DNA of 24,696 nucleotides from Trichoplax sp. H2 (lineage: Eukaryota): the NCBI GenBank assembly GCA_003344405.1, contig NOWV01000255.1, positions 62,001 through 86,696 of the forward strand, written 5' to 3'. Positions 1 to 12,600 of this stretch are shown here, one piece after another. The position numbers and the translations under genes were made by a program. Each line of letters opens with the position of its first letter. Position 1 is the first letter of the stretch. The notes under the pieces are model-generated. The model was not told the DNA's origin. It did not search any database and saw only the letters and a list, made by a program, of their open reading frames with translations.

Positions 1-1755
1 TAGGTCATCACAAGAGGGATAGCACTTTTTCTTTTCAATGAACATCAATCATAGACTACTAGAAAGGAATCTATATAGAAAAGAACTCTTTCTAATAGCT
101 ACTTCATGCTTGAATCTATTTTGAAGTCATAAGGAGTATTTAAACACAACATTTTCAGTTATTGCTGTTATCCATGCCGGTGGTGGATAGTATGATTTCA
201 ACTTGAATAATACAAGTTCTTACTAATGAGTATTAATGCGGTATAGTTTAAAGTAGCAACTACCAACTTAATATGGCTATATCGTATGAGTTGATTAATT
301 GATAAATAAACATTTAGAAAGCGGCATAGAGTACTCACTACACTAATTGCATGATATTGCAATATATTATGCAGTTAGTTGACTTAATTCACTAACAATA
401 AGAATAGCTTAAGTCCTTATTATAATGCCTACACAGAAGAGCATTATACAGGCACTAATCGCTTGCTAACACAATAGCCGCAATTTACAATGAATCTCTT
501 TCGTCATTTCCCTAGTAATCATGGAATGTATCCATTCTACTGCTATAATAATTGGATATTTTACTGCTTAACAGGACTAAGTGAAGATACTTTTGATTTT
601 CTCTCAATGTATGATAGTCTACGTTGAGCTTTTTTCACTTCAGCAACACAATTTCAAGCTAGTTTTTATGATACATTATCATAAGCCAAGGGTTCAGGAA
701 CTAGTTCAAGGTACAATACTACAACTGACGTTCGATAGTAATCGGACATCTGTGATGATATATCTATCATAAATAAGATCCGGCTATTGTTGCTCAAAAG
801 TAATTCAGCACAATGCTTTCGACATGCTTCGACTTTGGACTATTTTAACTTTCATCACACCGATTATATTTCCATCTTCATCGATTGAACTAGAATACAA
901 TTGCTAGTAGGTGTATCTCAAAACATGCTTCTCGGATCATGAATGAGTTATACGCTATTAACTTCGGCAATTTCAATGACTGCGGATTAAAAACAATAAT
1001 ATTGGAAGATCTGTTATAGAATTAAATGTGAAATGATAGATAGGGGAAAGTATAAGATGTAGCCTTCTATAATATCTTTTCCTTTCCAATTTTTTGAACA
1101 TTGTAATTCTACTTTCTCATAAATAATGAAAATTTTTTCCAAAGATTAAATCTCGCACAATGAATGCCATTGAATAATGATTAATGCTTTTATGCTAATG
1201 CACAACAAGAACAGCTATTGAAAGCTTAAATATTTGAAAATGGCAAAATTTTGCTGATAAACTCTCTTGAAATAGGGTAGTTTTAAACAAATAGCACTCT
1301 TACAGTAGGATAACCATGAACATTTCCTAAAGTGAATTCGTACTTACATGTTCTATTTATATCGGGATACAATAATCATCTAGACCTTTAGCGACTCTCA
1401 TGTCAAGATAACAATTTTCTCGGCTGCATTTTGATCTTGCATTATCCTTCTTGATTAAGCATTTACCTATGTAATATAGCAAACTTTTGACGATAAAGTT
1501 CCAAAGATATTAAAAATTAAGAACAAAGTGATAACTACAAGTTGATCAATATATATTTCTCATGTTTATTCTGTAATTTTTGCATGAAAATTAACAATTT
1601 TGAATTAGGTCAGTGATAATGCGGTAGATGTGCATTCTATTTTAACGTACGTAATTAAAAGATGGGTTCATATTCTACAGAAATATAAAATTTCTTTAGC
1701 ACTTGTAGATTTATAACACAACTAATCTAAATCGATGAAATCCTTGTCACTCTAG

Positions 1756-4700
1756 GTGGAGATATTGGTAAAAAATTAGATACACTAATACGAGCTGCAA
1801 ATCAGGTCTATGGTATTGGAACGCTTTCATATGTTGACTGCGGGTATACAAATCACGGATTAATCAATCATAATTTTCATACATTCTATAATAGTTATTG
1901 GTTAATTTTATTTTATCTCTTAAATTTTGGATTGATATTAAGTTATCTACTTATTGAATGCTATCGCGTTAATAGTTGATATTCGATGGTGTAGATAAGA
2001 CATTGCTTTTTATTTATAAGTAGGAAATAAATATTTAAAATTAACTTACACCATCATAAAGTTTTATAGCATGCAATGTAATATATTCATTTGTAGATCG
2101 GATAAGAAGTTATGTAAAAAATTAAAAATTAAATTCAAAAAGGACGATTTAATTATCAACCATTATGAGTAAGTTGGCTACTTTCAGATTGTTGTATGTG
2201 ATTTGATAATAACTTTCTGTGACTAGCCATAATTTTCTCATTTGGGATTACTAATATAATCTATGACTTAATTCATTAGAAACGGCAAATGGCATAAAGA
2301 ATATGATAGAGCGTTCGTTGTGCGGGTATTCTGAGATTATGCAATTTTTACTTGTCAAGATAAATTACTGTTTTTTTCAACTGTTTAAGTCAGACATTTT
2401 TAAAGCTAAATACTAATTTAGCATTCTATTAATAGTCATTAGTTAATTTTATGAATGATCCACATCACGACGCTCCTTGGGAAGAAGATCCAACTGCAAA
2501 AGATGTCCTTCATTTATCTAGTGAAAAGGTAATAGGCAAGACAGCGTGACACCGGTAGTAGTGATTAGTGAAATTTGATTTGTTCTGCACTGACTTTACT
2601 TTTACTGCATTCGTTTGTCTTAAATGCATATATATAAACACTATAATCACGGTATATTTAATACCAGTGCTTGCTTATCATATTATTTTTCTATACTTTT
2701 AGAGCTTACAAAATGTATTAAGTACAAAAAAGAAGCCGGTGATGGTCATGTTTTATGCTCCGTGTAAGCTTTCTTATTGTTTAGAAGTGGTCTGGCTTAT
2801 ACATAGATCAAATTATGATTTTAAAGATGCACAGCCTATCATTGTATCATATACTGTACAAGGCATTATAACTTTACAAGCTCAATTTAGAGATAGTTAC
2901 AGTAAATACCGTAAAAATTATGTAAAATAATTTTATCTTAGGGTGCCGCTATTGTAAGATGTTCAAACCTCGTTTTGCCGAGGTTGCGAAGACATTGAAG
3001 CATGATGCAGTAAGTTTTTGATATACTTTAGTAATCCTCAATTTTACTGAAAAAGATGCTAAGCAATATCGAAATGAAAATCGCTACAACGTTTACGTAT
3101 GAACCCCCTTCTAGATAATGGCAGGAATTGACAGTGATTCTCCCGCTAATTATGGCTTGATTAGTAGATTTAATATTGTCAGTTACCCAACCCTTATCTA
3201 CTTCAAGTAAGCTGTATTTTATTTCTTAATTTTCAAATCTCATTTAGTACCCTGAATTAGGAGTTAATCGAATAGTATCATTTATTAACAGAGATGGTAA
3301 AGAATTATATAGATATAATATCACTTCAGATAAGGACCAAGCCAGAAATTTATACGAATGGATGCTCAAGTATATTTCAAATACTTTTCAATACTGCGGT
3401 TATAATGCTTTAGCTAAAAATCATAGTTATTAGTATACTAATTTAAAATTTGAATGTTTCTCTTATAATGTTATGCCTTGAAGTCCAAAATTGATTGAGC
3501 CTGAAAAGCCAGAGGAAGAAGAAAGCTGGAAGGATTCAAGTTTGGATGTCGTACATCTTGCTGACGACACATTCGAAGCTTTCATCACTAACCATTCATC
3601 GGTTCTGGTTATGTTTTATTCTAAATGTTAGCTCTAACAATTAAAAATTAGTCCGTTCTTATCAAATAGTAACTGTAAAAAGAATAAAATCGCTCTTCTT
3701 TTAGCCTGTTATTATTGCAAAAAGATGAAACCTGACTACATCGAAGCCGCCGCCAGACTCAAAAAAGAAAATGTATATTGAATTTTTAGTAAAACTATAA
3801 ATAAATTAATTTTTTCAAGTCATCAATTGTAATAAGAGAACTAGTAGTTGCTTCTTGCCTATTAATCTTAAGACATTATTGAATTAGGTGGACGGTACTT
3901 TGGTAGCTGTCGATGCCAACGAGAATAATGCGTTGTCTGAAAAATATTCAATAAAAGGATTTCCAACAGGTTCTATTTAATGTTGTTGCAGTAATCGATG
4001 TTATTATTTAATTCCCTTAGCTGATGATGTTATTTGTGATTAAATTTATTTTCCGATCTGGCAACCACTTAATTCAAATAATACCATAGTTAAATATTTC
4101 AAGTGAGTTTCTATTATTAATTGAACTGCAGTTAATTTCTACATGTTTTAGATTATAACATTTGATTAATAATTTGGTGACCTACTTGTATATCTTGATT
4201 TGTGTAGCGATGGTGAATATAAATACAATGTTGATTATCGTACAGCTGATGAGATTGTCGAATTTATGAAAGAGTAAGTAAAACCGCAAAATTCTATTTA
4301 ACGCTATGCATCGAGACTATGATTGATTAAAAATTGCAATTTAGCCCTCAAGAGCCTATGCAAGTTGAACAGCTTGATCAAGAATGGAGCCTGTTCAATA
4401 AATTTATGGCTATGCTAAATGATGATGATTATAAAGATACGTTAAAGAAAATAAAGTATTCTTTGGTCATGTTTTATACTCCTGGTTAGAGAATAAGCAT
4501 ATTTTCTAAATTTTTTTTTTATTACATGAGGTGTACTAATATCCACTCCATTTAGGATGTGAACAATCAAAAAAAGCAATTGGGGATTATCTAGCAGCTT
4601 CCATGACTGTCAGTGGACCTAAGGTAGCATTATCATTTGATTTCTAAGTAAGATTAGTATACTGTATGCAGAACGCGGATGTTCTTTGTCATTTTTTGTT

Positions 4701-7403
4701 ATCTAGGTAATAATTAAATCAGTCCAATATTGTCTGGGAATGCTAATTTTGTACAATGTAATTATTGGTTATATAGTACAGATTATTTGCTGTTAATTGC
4801 AATGAAGCGGAAAAAATGTGTCAAGAATACAACATTCAAGGGTTAGAAATAATTTTAGTGTTTCATTTTCCCTAAAGAATACTTTTTGAACAGCTGAGAA
4901 TTGTGTTGTTTACTATTTAGTTATCCGTCATTCTTATATTTTAAACATGGCAAAAAGCCTAAATCATACGAAGGCGATCAAACGGTGATGATAATAGATT
5001 GTTTCCATCATGATATCATATTATGTTACGTGTATTATCGGATTTCAGTTCTTGTACATTAAAATTGTGATTATTAGAAATCTAAATTTAGTTGACTATG
5101 TCAATAGCAAACTGGCTTTGTTGGCTTAATGAAAAGTCTCGGTTATAAACCAGAAGAGCGTCCAAATGAAGTAAAAAGTAATGATGACCAGCAGACTGAA
5201 TCTAACGAAGTGGAAAACAAGGCAGAGGTTTTGGAGGCAGGAACAGACGTCGCAGCTAGAAATGAGAAAGGTAATAACGTTGCATGAAAGAAATGGTTAA
5301 ATAACAGCTCGAATGCCCATATCAATATCTGATTATAAAATTTTAGATGAGGATACACCCGCTAGTAAATCAGGATCTTCGTTATCTGACAATGCGGCTG
5401 GTTCATCCGATGAAAATAATGAACAAGGTTAGGCTACTACAGAGTACGCTTCCATATCTTATAATACTTAATTAATTGCTTTAAACTGTAGATAAAGATT
5501 TTAAAGAGGAGAAACTGAAGAATGAAGAAATAAACAAAATTAATGATGGTTCTGATATCAAATCGGGACAGGCGAAAACCGTCGTAAGTGCTGATCTACC
5601 GGTAGATGGAAGCCAAGTAAACAAGGATTCAAATTTATCACCAAAAGACGATGAATCTAGACTAGACAACACGACTGATAAAGCAGAGGATAGAAAAGAA
5701 AAGGAACAACCAAATAGTGATGATAAAGAGAATGAAGATAGTATGAACGATGAAATAGATCATAAAGAAGAAGAAAAAACGGAAGCAAGCAATGATAATG
5801 GAAAGCAAAAAAAGCCAGCAATAACAATATTTGGCTATGAGCAGGAGTATTGGCTTCCTAAAATTTTTCACGATAAATTTGATTCCTTCATTAAAATGCA
5901 TAACCGTTTACTAATCGTATTTCTATCCTCTTCTCCAGGTAATTCGAATAACTAGCTTAGTTTAATATTTTACAATGGAAAGTCAGGAATTTTAGCCATT
6001 TTTTAATTTTTAAATAAACGCTCTTCGTTAGAGGATCATATTAAAGGCGTCACTCTGGATTCTGTTGCTAGAAAAGTTAATAAATTCGCTATTGACAACA
6101 AGGTAATTCGAGGAATAATTTGCAACATATTTGCGCCAAATCTTGGTAGATTTATCTACTCATGTAACCTTCTATTGATAATATTTTATTACGCTATGTA
6201 GTTTTTGTCAAACCAGTAAATCAAATATCAACTTTGCGAGCAGAAATTTGAAACGTTAATATCTAATGCATTATCATTTCCCATACTTCATTTCTTGCAA
6301 TAATTTCAAACGAGTGCTTATTGTCTAGATATCATGAATTGACTGATTAGGTATCTATGTCCGATTTTATATACAGAGACCTTATATGCTTGCAGTAGTA
6401 GACTGTGTTGATGATTATGATTTCTGCTTGCAAAAGGAGGTAGAAAAGCTTCCGACAGGTATGATTAATTCTGTGGTAAGACACATTGCTAACGTTAAAA
6501 CTGTTTGTGCATCTGCTTGTTGTAGCTATGTATTGTTTTATTACGCAGAGGCACGATCATGTAACAGTGTATGGAGTCTATTATATATATTTTTATTGAA
6601 GTAAACGGCAATACCGTTAGATGCTGCCGTTTTATTATTGTTAAGGCTCTTCTGTAGCCTGCGATTATATTATATTAATTAAATTTATTGAATAAATTTC
6701 TATTTCTAGTAAACTAGTATCAGTATGAGCATTAAGCACTGATAGTATAGTATTACCTTACCTGCTTTAAAATCTAAACTAGATCGTCTTCTTTGATAAT
6801 GGCGAAAGTTCTATCTTGATTTAATATTTATCTATTCTTTTCTTCTTCACAGCCATCTATTATCAGTAAGTGGTCATTTAAATTTCAAACATATCTCGCT
6901 GATTAAATTTTTGACCGTTCTGCGATTTGGAAAAGATTACTATCAAAATCATAGCTGCTCTGAATACTTAAGACTGGGAGATCATTGCATTATTACGCTT
7001 AACGTTGTAATATGTACCACTATAGTTTACGGTATCGTTTTATATTTAACAATATTTATAGTAATGGTAAACCAATTGTTCGATATACCGGAAAAAGAAC
7101 ACCTGAAGCTTTAGTCGATTTTCTGGAAAGGTTAGTAAAGATATGTATATGTGTATTAATTTGCAATCTTTTATACAATGATTTTCCTGAAACTTCACCA
7201 ATATACTTAATAGTCCACCAACAAAAAGTAAACCTCTTGGTGAACAAAAAGTATACAGAATGGATCGAGAAGAATTTCTAGATTACATGGATGACGTTAA
7301 GATTCGTGAATTAAATATGCCTAGTATTGATGAATTGGAAGAAATAGTAGATCTATCGAGAGCAGAATTACAAAGAATTATGCTCAAACATGATGAGTTA
7401 TAA
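1756..7403 (+). CDS. PDIA5: PDIA5 (PDIR)-like protein disulfide isomerase, multi-exon, 5'-partial; about 807 aa recovered; C-terminal HDEL
   Basis: Phase-consistent GT-AG exons: 1756-1843, 2097-2168, 2280-2325, 2436-2528, 2703-2763, 2942-3009, 3115-3206, 3292-3369, 3484-3626, 3705-3772, 3888-3969, 4090-4102, 4208-4273, 4345-4484, 4556-4623, 4777-4841, 4921-4984, 5108-5270, 5347-5427, 5492-5938, 6032-6102, 6377-6458, 6853-6865, 7062-7130, 7214-7403. Translation gives PDIA5 hallmarks: GTLSYVDCGSDKKLCKKLK, WHKEYDRA, PWEEDPTAKDVLHLSSEK, VMFYAPWCRYCK, HSSVLVMFYSKSCYYCKKMKP, IKGFPTVKYF, ending LKHDEL*. Signal-peptide exon(s) not identified. Confidence 0.9.
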
Positions 7404-7455
7404 TCTTATTGTTATGGGTAAAATTTAAGTAGAGGGCGTAGATACTTTTTCACGT

Positions 7456-7461
7456 AATAAA
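7456..7461 (+). promoter_or_regulatory. Candidate polyadenylation signal of the PDIA5-like gene
   Basis: AATAAA about 50 nt downstream of the TAA stop at 7401-7403; the motif is common in AT-rich DNA. Confidence 0.4.
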
Positions 7462-9611
7462 GCAGCAAGATGATAGATTATCTTAGTTTTAAAATTAATT
7501 ACATTAATACGCGAAAAAGAGTTTTTATGAATTTGAACAACAATGCAGAAGTGAATGTGATATCTTGAATAACAAGAATTTAGCCATCTGTCGGATTTGC
7601 CTAGTTATAGATTTTAAAAATATCATGACGAGTATGTTAAATTCTTATCTATTTCTGGTCTAAGTTGTTACTTTATTTGATACTAAATCACAGTTGTTAC
7701 TTGATTTAGAAGATGTAGTAGATTGGTTTTCTACGGTGCTTACCTTTACAGGCGCAATTATGAACAGCGGCTTGACTAAGATTTAATACGGTGCTTAGCA
7801 GACATTTTAGTAAAGTCACAGATATCAACTATTCCATTGTTTACGTGAATTGTTCGTATAGAATGATCAAACATTACGGAAGTAAATAAATAATGGTTAT
7901 GATTTACACGATATTGATGCCTTATCTACCTACATCTATCAATTCATTCTACAGGCGTAGAAAATTAAACAATTATTGATTGTAGGCATCTATTCATTTT
8001 CATTTTTTGTGCAAAACGATAATACTTATACTCGGAGATTTATTTCCATAAAGCGCCCAAATTGTCATAAATGGCGATGTAATCTTACAATGACTTTGGC
8101 TTTCGTTAATAAACAGCATACTACGATATGTAGTAGAGCAAACTTATCCTTATGATATGGCGATAATGGATGATCCTGTTGAAAAGTGGTATAACCCCAC
8201 ATGTATTATAAATTTACTAGCTGATCTTAAAAATCTAACGGTCACAAAGATTTTTGTGACTGCGCAGCCTTATAGGTTACGGTTTAACCACGTTATTAAA
8301 TTATTAAATGAATATGCTCTTGTCTATTAAATAGGTAATCTAGAAATAACTTTGAAATTGTTACGATGTATAGACTCTTAGCCGAGAACACATAACGTTA
8401 TTTTTATGAATTTAATGAAAAGTAGAATGTAGCATAATGTACTGGTTTTAGTAACTAGTCTGTGAAACTAAGCTAAATCCACTATCCCCCTGGATCCTAT
8501 AAAAAGGGACAAACTTAGCAGTGTCTGTATACGTGTTGCTTATGGAGCGTGATAGAACCAAACATCAATTCATAACCACCAATGCTCTAAACGTATATTC
8601 ATTTATTCTTAAAGGCAAGAAAATAAAATTTCTTACCATTTTAGTTTTACATAATTACGATATAAAAAGTAGAATCATAACGTTTAGATTAACTAATAAC
8701 AATAACGAATATTCGATGTACTCGTATAAATTCGATGAAGCAATTAATTTTGCAGTTGACTTATGTCGAGAATATTGTAAAATACCAGAATTTTCGATTG
8801 TGAAATCAAATGAATAATGTAGTAGATTAATCCGTAAAAGAGAAGCAAAGTAATATTTGTAAACTAGCCTTTCAATACACTGAAAGGTTCAACTACTAAA
8901 GGGATGAAATTTTAATCAGCCATCAAGGATATTGTCGATCAATACATATACATATAGAATTGACTCATTAATATTAGTAGCTATATGAATGAAACGTAGT
9001 CATTTTTAAGTGTTATGTCATGATTCCATAGCCTATTCGTCATTTTCCTCCTAAATGGTTATAAAATCGATGATAAAAACAGTTTTATATTAATAGAATG
9101 GATATTCCAAAATGTATAACCAAATAATAATTAATACACCAACAATTATTTTCCATTTTGGAATCGATACTGAAGGGGTTAACAATAATAACTGTAACGA
9201 TTTCTAGATTATAATTATATTTTATAAATCATCCTGGTATAAATGATATAGATTATTTAAGAATATACTGTATTTAAGCCATAATTAGGTCATAAAATGG
9301 AAAAACTTTGGAGCTGAGAGAAATACTATATGTTAGTGATCGAGCGCAGCCACAGTAGAAAGAATTTACAGCCCACCCTCTGACCTCCACTTCCAAACCC
9401 ACGTCATGAATATGAATAAAAATTATTCCATTACTTTGCTTTAGCCAAGTTGAGTCTATACCGAACTATTTACCCCATTTATGGTACTATACCATCTGAT
9501 TGTTACGTAATCCAACGTTACATAAAGTTGAATGTCGTTTATAATAATAAGAAACATAATTTTCATTTCCTTCAAGAGAATTGAAGACGTCGCATAACCA
9601 TGTGAACCAGC

Positions 9612-12600
9612 TTACAATACAATACAGCAAGCGGATTGTTGAACTCTAGCTGGAGGAAGTTCGACTGGAGGAGGCGGCTGTGGTTGCGCTTGAACAACTT
9701 TAGTTTCTCGTGTCGTATCTTCTTTAGGCGATTGATAGGAATGATTATCATTAGCTTTTGCAGGACGATCATCGGTTTTAGTTAGATCATCTGCTGGAAC
9801 TGATTCAGGCGAAGGTTCAGGCTGATCTTTGGATTGAGAATCTGAATGATTATCGTCAGCTTTTACAGCATGATCATTGGTTTTAGCTTGATCATCTACT
9901 AGAACTGATTCTGGCAAAGTCTCTGGCTGATCTTTGGGTTGAGGATCTCCTTCGGCTAGTGATTGTTCGATTATTCCATTTGTACGTAGGGCTGATGGTG
10001 GAGGCGAAGATGTAGCTGGCAATCGAGAGACAGCCTGCGTATCTAATGTCGCAGTTTCGCCATCTCCTTCAGTACTTTCTCCTGCAACTGCGCTTTCACT
10101 CTTTTTAATTTTCTTAGGTGGTACCTCAACTTGCAAGTTAGCTGCAACAGCTGATGGATTCGTTGTGTTCAGCAAAGATTTCAATTGAGATAGCTGTCAA
10201 GCAAATAAATAATATTAGTCAAGTGAATAACAGAAATTTTTGAATACTGAGTGGTAAAAATGTGAAAACTGTTAACATTATAGCACACCATAACTGTATC
10301 TAGATCCATATCTGTTGCCATGCTTGTAAATTTTTTTAGTAGATCCTGAAAGGAAAATTAATATAGAAAGAATTCTTTAAGAGATTATGGCACAGTCGTA
10401 CAGCGGTAAAGTATTTGAAGTAGTATGGATGGATTAAGCTATCTACGGGTAGAGCTGTAGCAATATTGCTTCATAAGAATATAAAACAGTTTAAATGGTG
10501 TACCATTTTATTTTCCAGCCTCTGTAATTTCTTTTTCATTGTGTTTTGCGCAAAAGTCATTTTAGCCATTCTAGCAAAGTTTTCCTAGAGGTAGCAGAAT
10601 TAAGGGTTCATTTCTTGTAATTATAACCACTTTCTATCAAATACCATATGTCATAGCACAGACTATTCCATGTAAATAATGATTTATATCTCTACATAAC
10701 GGATGATGATGCAGCTATGATTATCTTTCTAAATGCAAGATTATGCTCAAGATATTAATCTACACTTGCTGCTTATCAATTTGCATAGATCTGATCCTGT
10801 TTTTTTTTTATTATACTGCACAAGTATAGAGCTTGCTACTGTTGAGTAGTTAGCGATATCTGGATATTGGCGCGATAAATCAATAAAATTTCTCATTTCA
10901 AATTTACGATTTCATTATGTTTAAGAAATATAGCGATTGCATACGATGATGAAACATTGCTATTTTACGATTAGTTGTCCATGCAGTTGTGCAACAGCTA
11001 AGCTAACATATATGGTAGCATCGCTACGCAAGCTGTTATTGACAAGCTATCCAATGACCTACAAATTAGAGTCCTACTATAGCAAATATGGCTAATGCTA
11101 CTAAAAGTAGAAACTATTCTAAGCTCTTTCGGTTCGCACTGCTTTGCTTGCTTAATAAACATACCATTCCGCCCTGAGTAGCATGTGGTTGCATAGCTTT
11201 AACCGATTTGCCACGAGTGAGAACTTTAGACATAACCATGTCTTTGGTCTTGATACCTGCATTTCGATTTTGTGATTTGCTAGGTTCCTTATACCTGCCC
11301 CATACTTCTACGATCAGATAATCAGTCGTAAGGTAATCGATCAACTAGATTTGAAGAGAGGGAGAAAAATTTATTACAGACAACTTTCAAAATGCTCTAA
11401 AATTGGCAAAATGACGATTCCGACACTCATAGTTGACTATTTTTATGATTCTCTACAGAACTTGTCTACCTGTTGTGTTGCTGCCGAATATGAGACTAGC
11501 TTTTTAAAGTTATATTCTGGATTCCTTGTATTTTGAATAACTTCGGTAGTGATTGGTAAATCGTCTAAATAGAATTTGAATTTACACCAAGTTTCCTATT
11601 TGCAGGGCAGAAGAGAAGGAACGAGTCGGATCGTTCATTAATTATAGTTGTTTTTAAATATCAGTCCATTTCAATAATTCTTGCAATAATGAGTATTGTA
11701 ACGTATGCAAGGACATTGAACTTACTAGGAATTTATTAGGAAGTCCCAAGGCATGGCTGATATTTATAAGGAAATTAACTTTTTTCCCAAGCTATAAGGT
11801 TAAAAGAAAGAAAATAGTATTTACAGTCTTGGTCTAATTAATTAAAATTTGGATAATCTATTGATTTGGAACTAAATTTATGGCTAGATTATGATAATCA
11901 AAATATAATTTTCCGAAGCATTGTTTATTCTTACTAGTTCAGACGGGCTATCGACAAAGATGTCCGCATCGATATCATATTCTTTTCCATTTTCATCACA
12001 AGGAATGAGTTCTACCTGCATGATGTAAGCCATGAAGAACAACATGAAATTATTCTCTGAAATTATAAGCATAATTTAACCTACATAGAAAGGAACTGTT
12101 CTTTCAAAGGTATTAGCTAATTAATATCATAACATACTCTAAGTTTGCCCATATTGGTCCCTTTATAGTCGGAAATTGTTAGGTGCTCCCTCATATCAAT
12201 CTATAAAAATAGAGAAATATTAAATTTCTGGTACTTAAATTAGGCTATAGCTACATCTCCGACTCGTTGAGAATTACCAAATAAGAAAGGCTTTCCAAGT
12301 ATACCATGGTGGTACCAATGAAAATATCAGTAGAAGCACTCTCTGTGAAAGGATCTCGTTCCTATGTCATTCAAGGCAATAAAGGCAGATAATCTTAATA
12401 CTTTATGCTGAAATTAAACTATGTAATAAAAATATCGCTAAGATCTTCTACTGCTAGAGAAACTTACATCTGGTAGAGTCCAATCTTCTCCTTCGATGTA
12501 GTTCTGATACATTTCTTGCATTAAAAATTTTCGATTAGTAAATCGATTAATTGGCCATAGCCAATCTAACTTGGATTCTAAATTGGTCATCTTGATGAAC

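Noticed and set aside
1..1755. Candidate first or signal-peptide exons for the PDIA5-like gene (ORF 581-772; MLRLWTILTFITPIIF at about 824; open stretch 1609-1716)
   Set aside because: None offers a phase-1 GT donor compatible with the exon at 1756 or clear similarity to the PDIA5 N-terminus; the 5' end is left unresolved.
5143..5901. Three minus-strand ORFs (71, 63 and 79 aa) with hydrophobic or Ser/Phe-rich translations
   Set aside because: Antisense shadows of the purine-rich acidic exons of the PDIA5-like gene.
6911..7281. ORFs 6911-7114 (+), 7012-7281 (+) and 7056-7247 (-)
   Set aside because: Intron read-through or off-frame and antisense overlaps of PDIA5-like exons 7062-7130 and 7214-7403.
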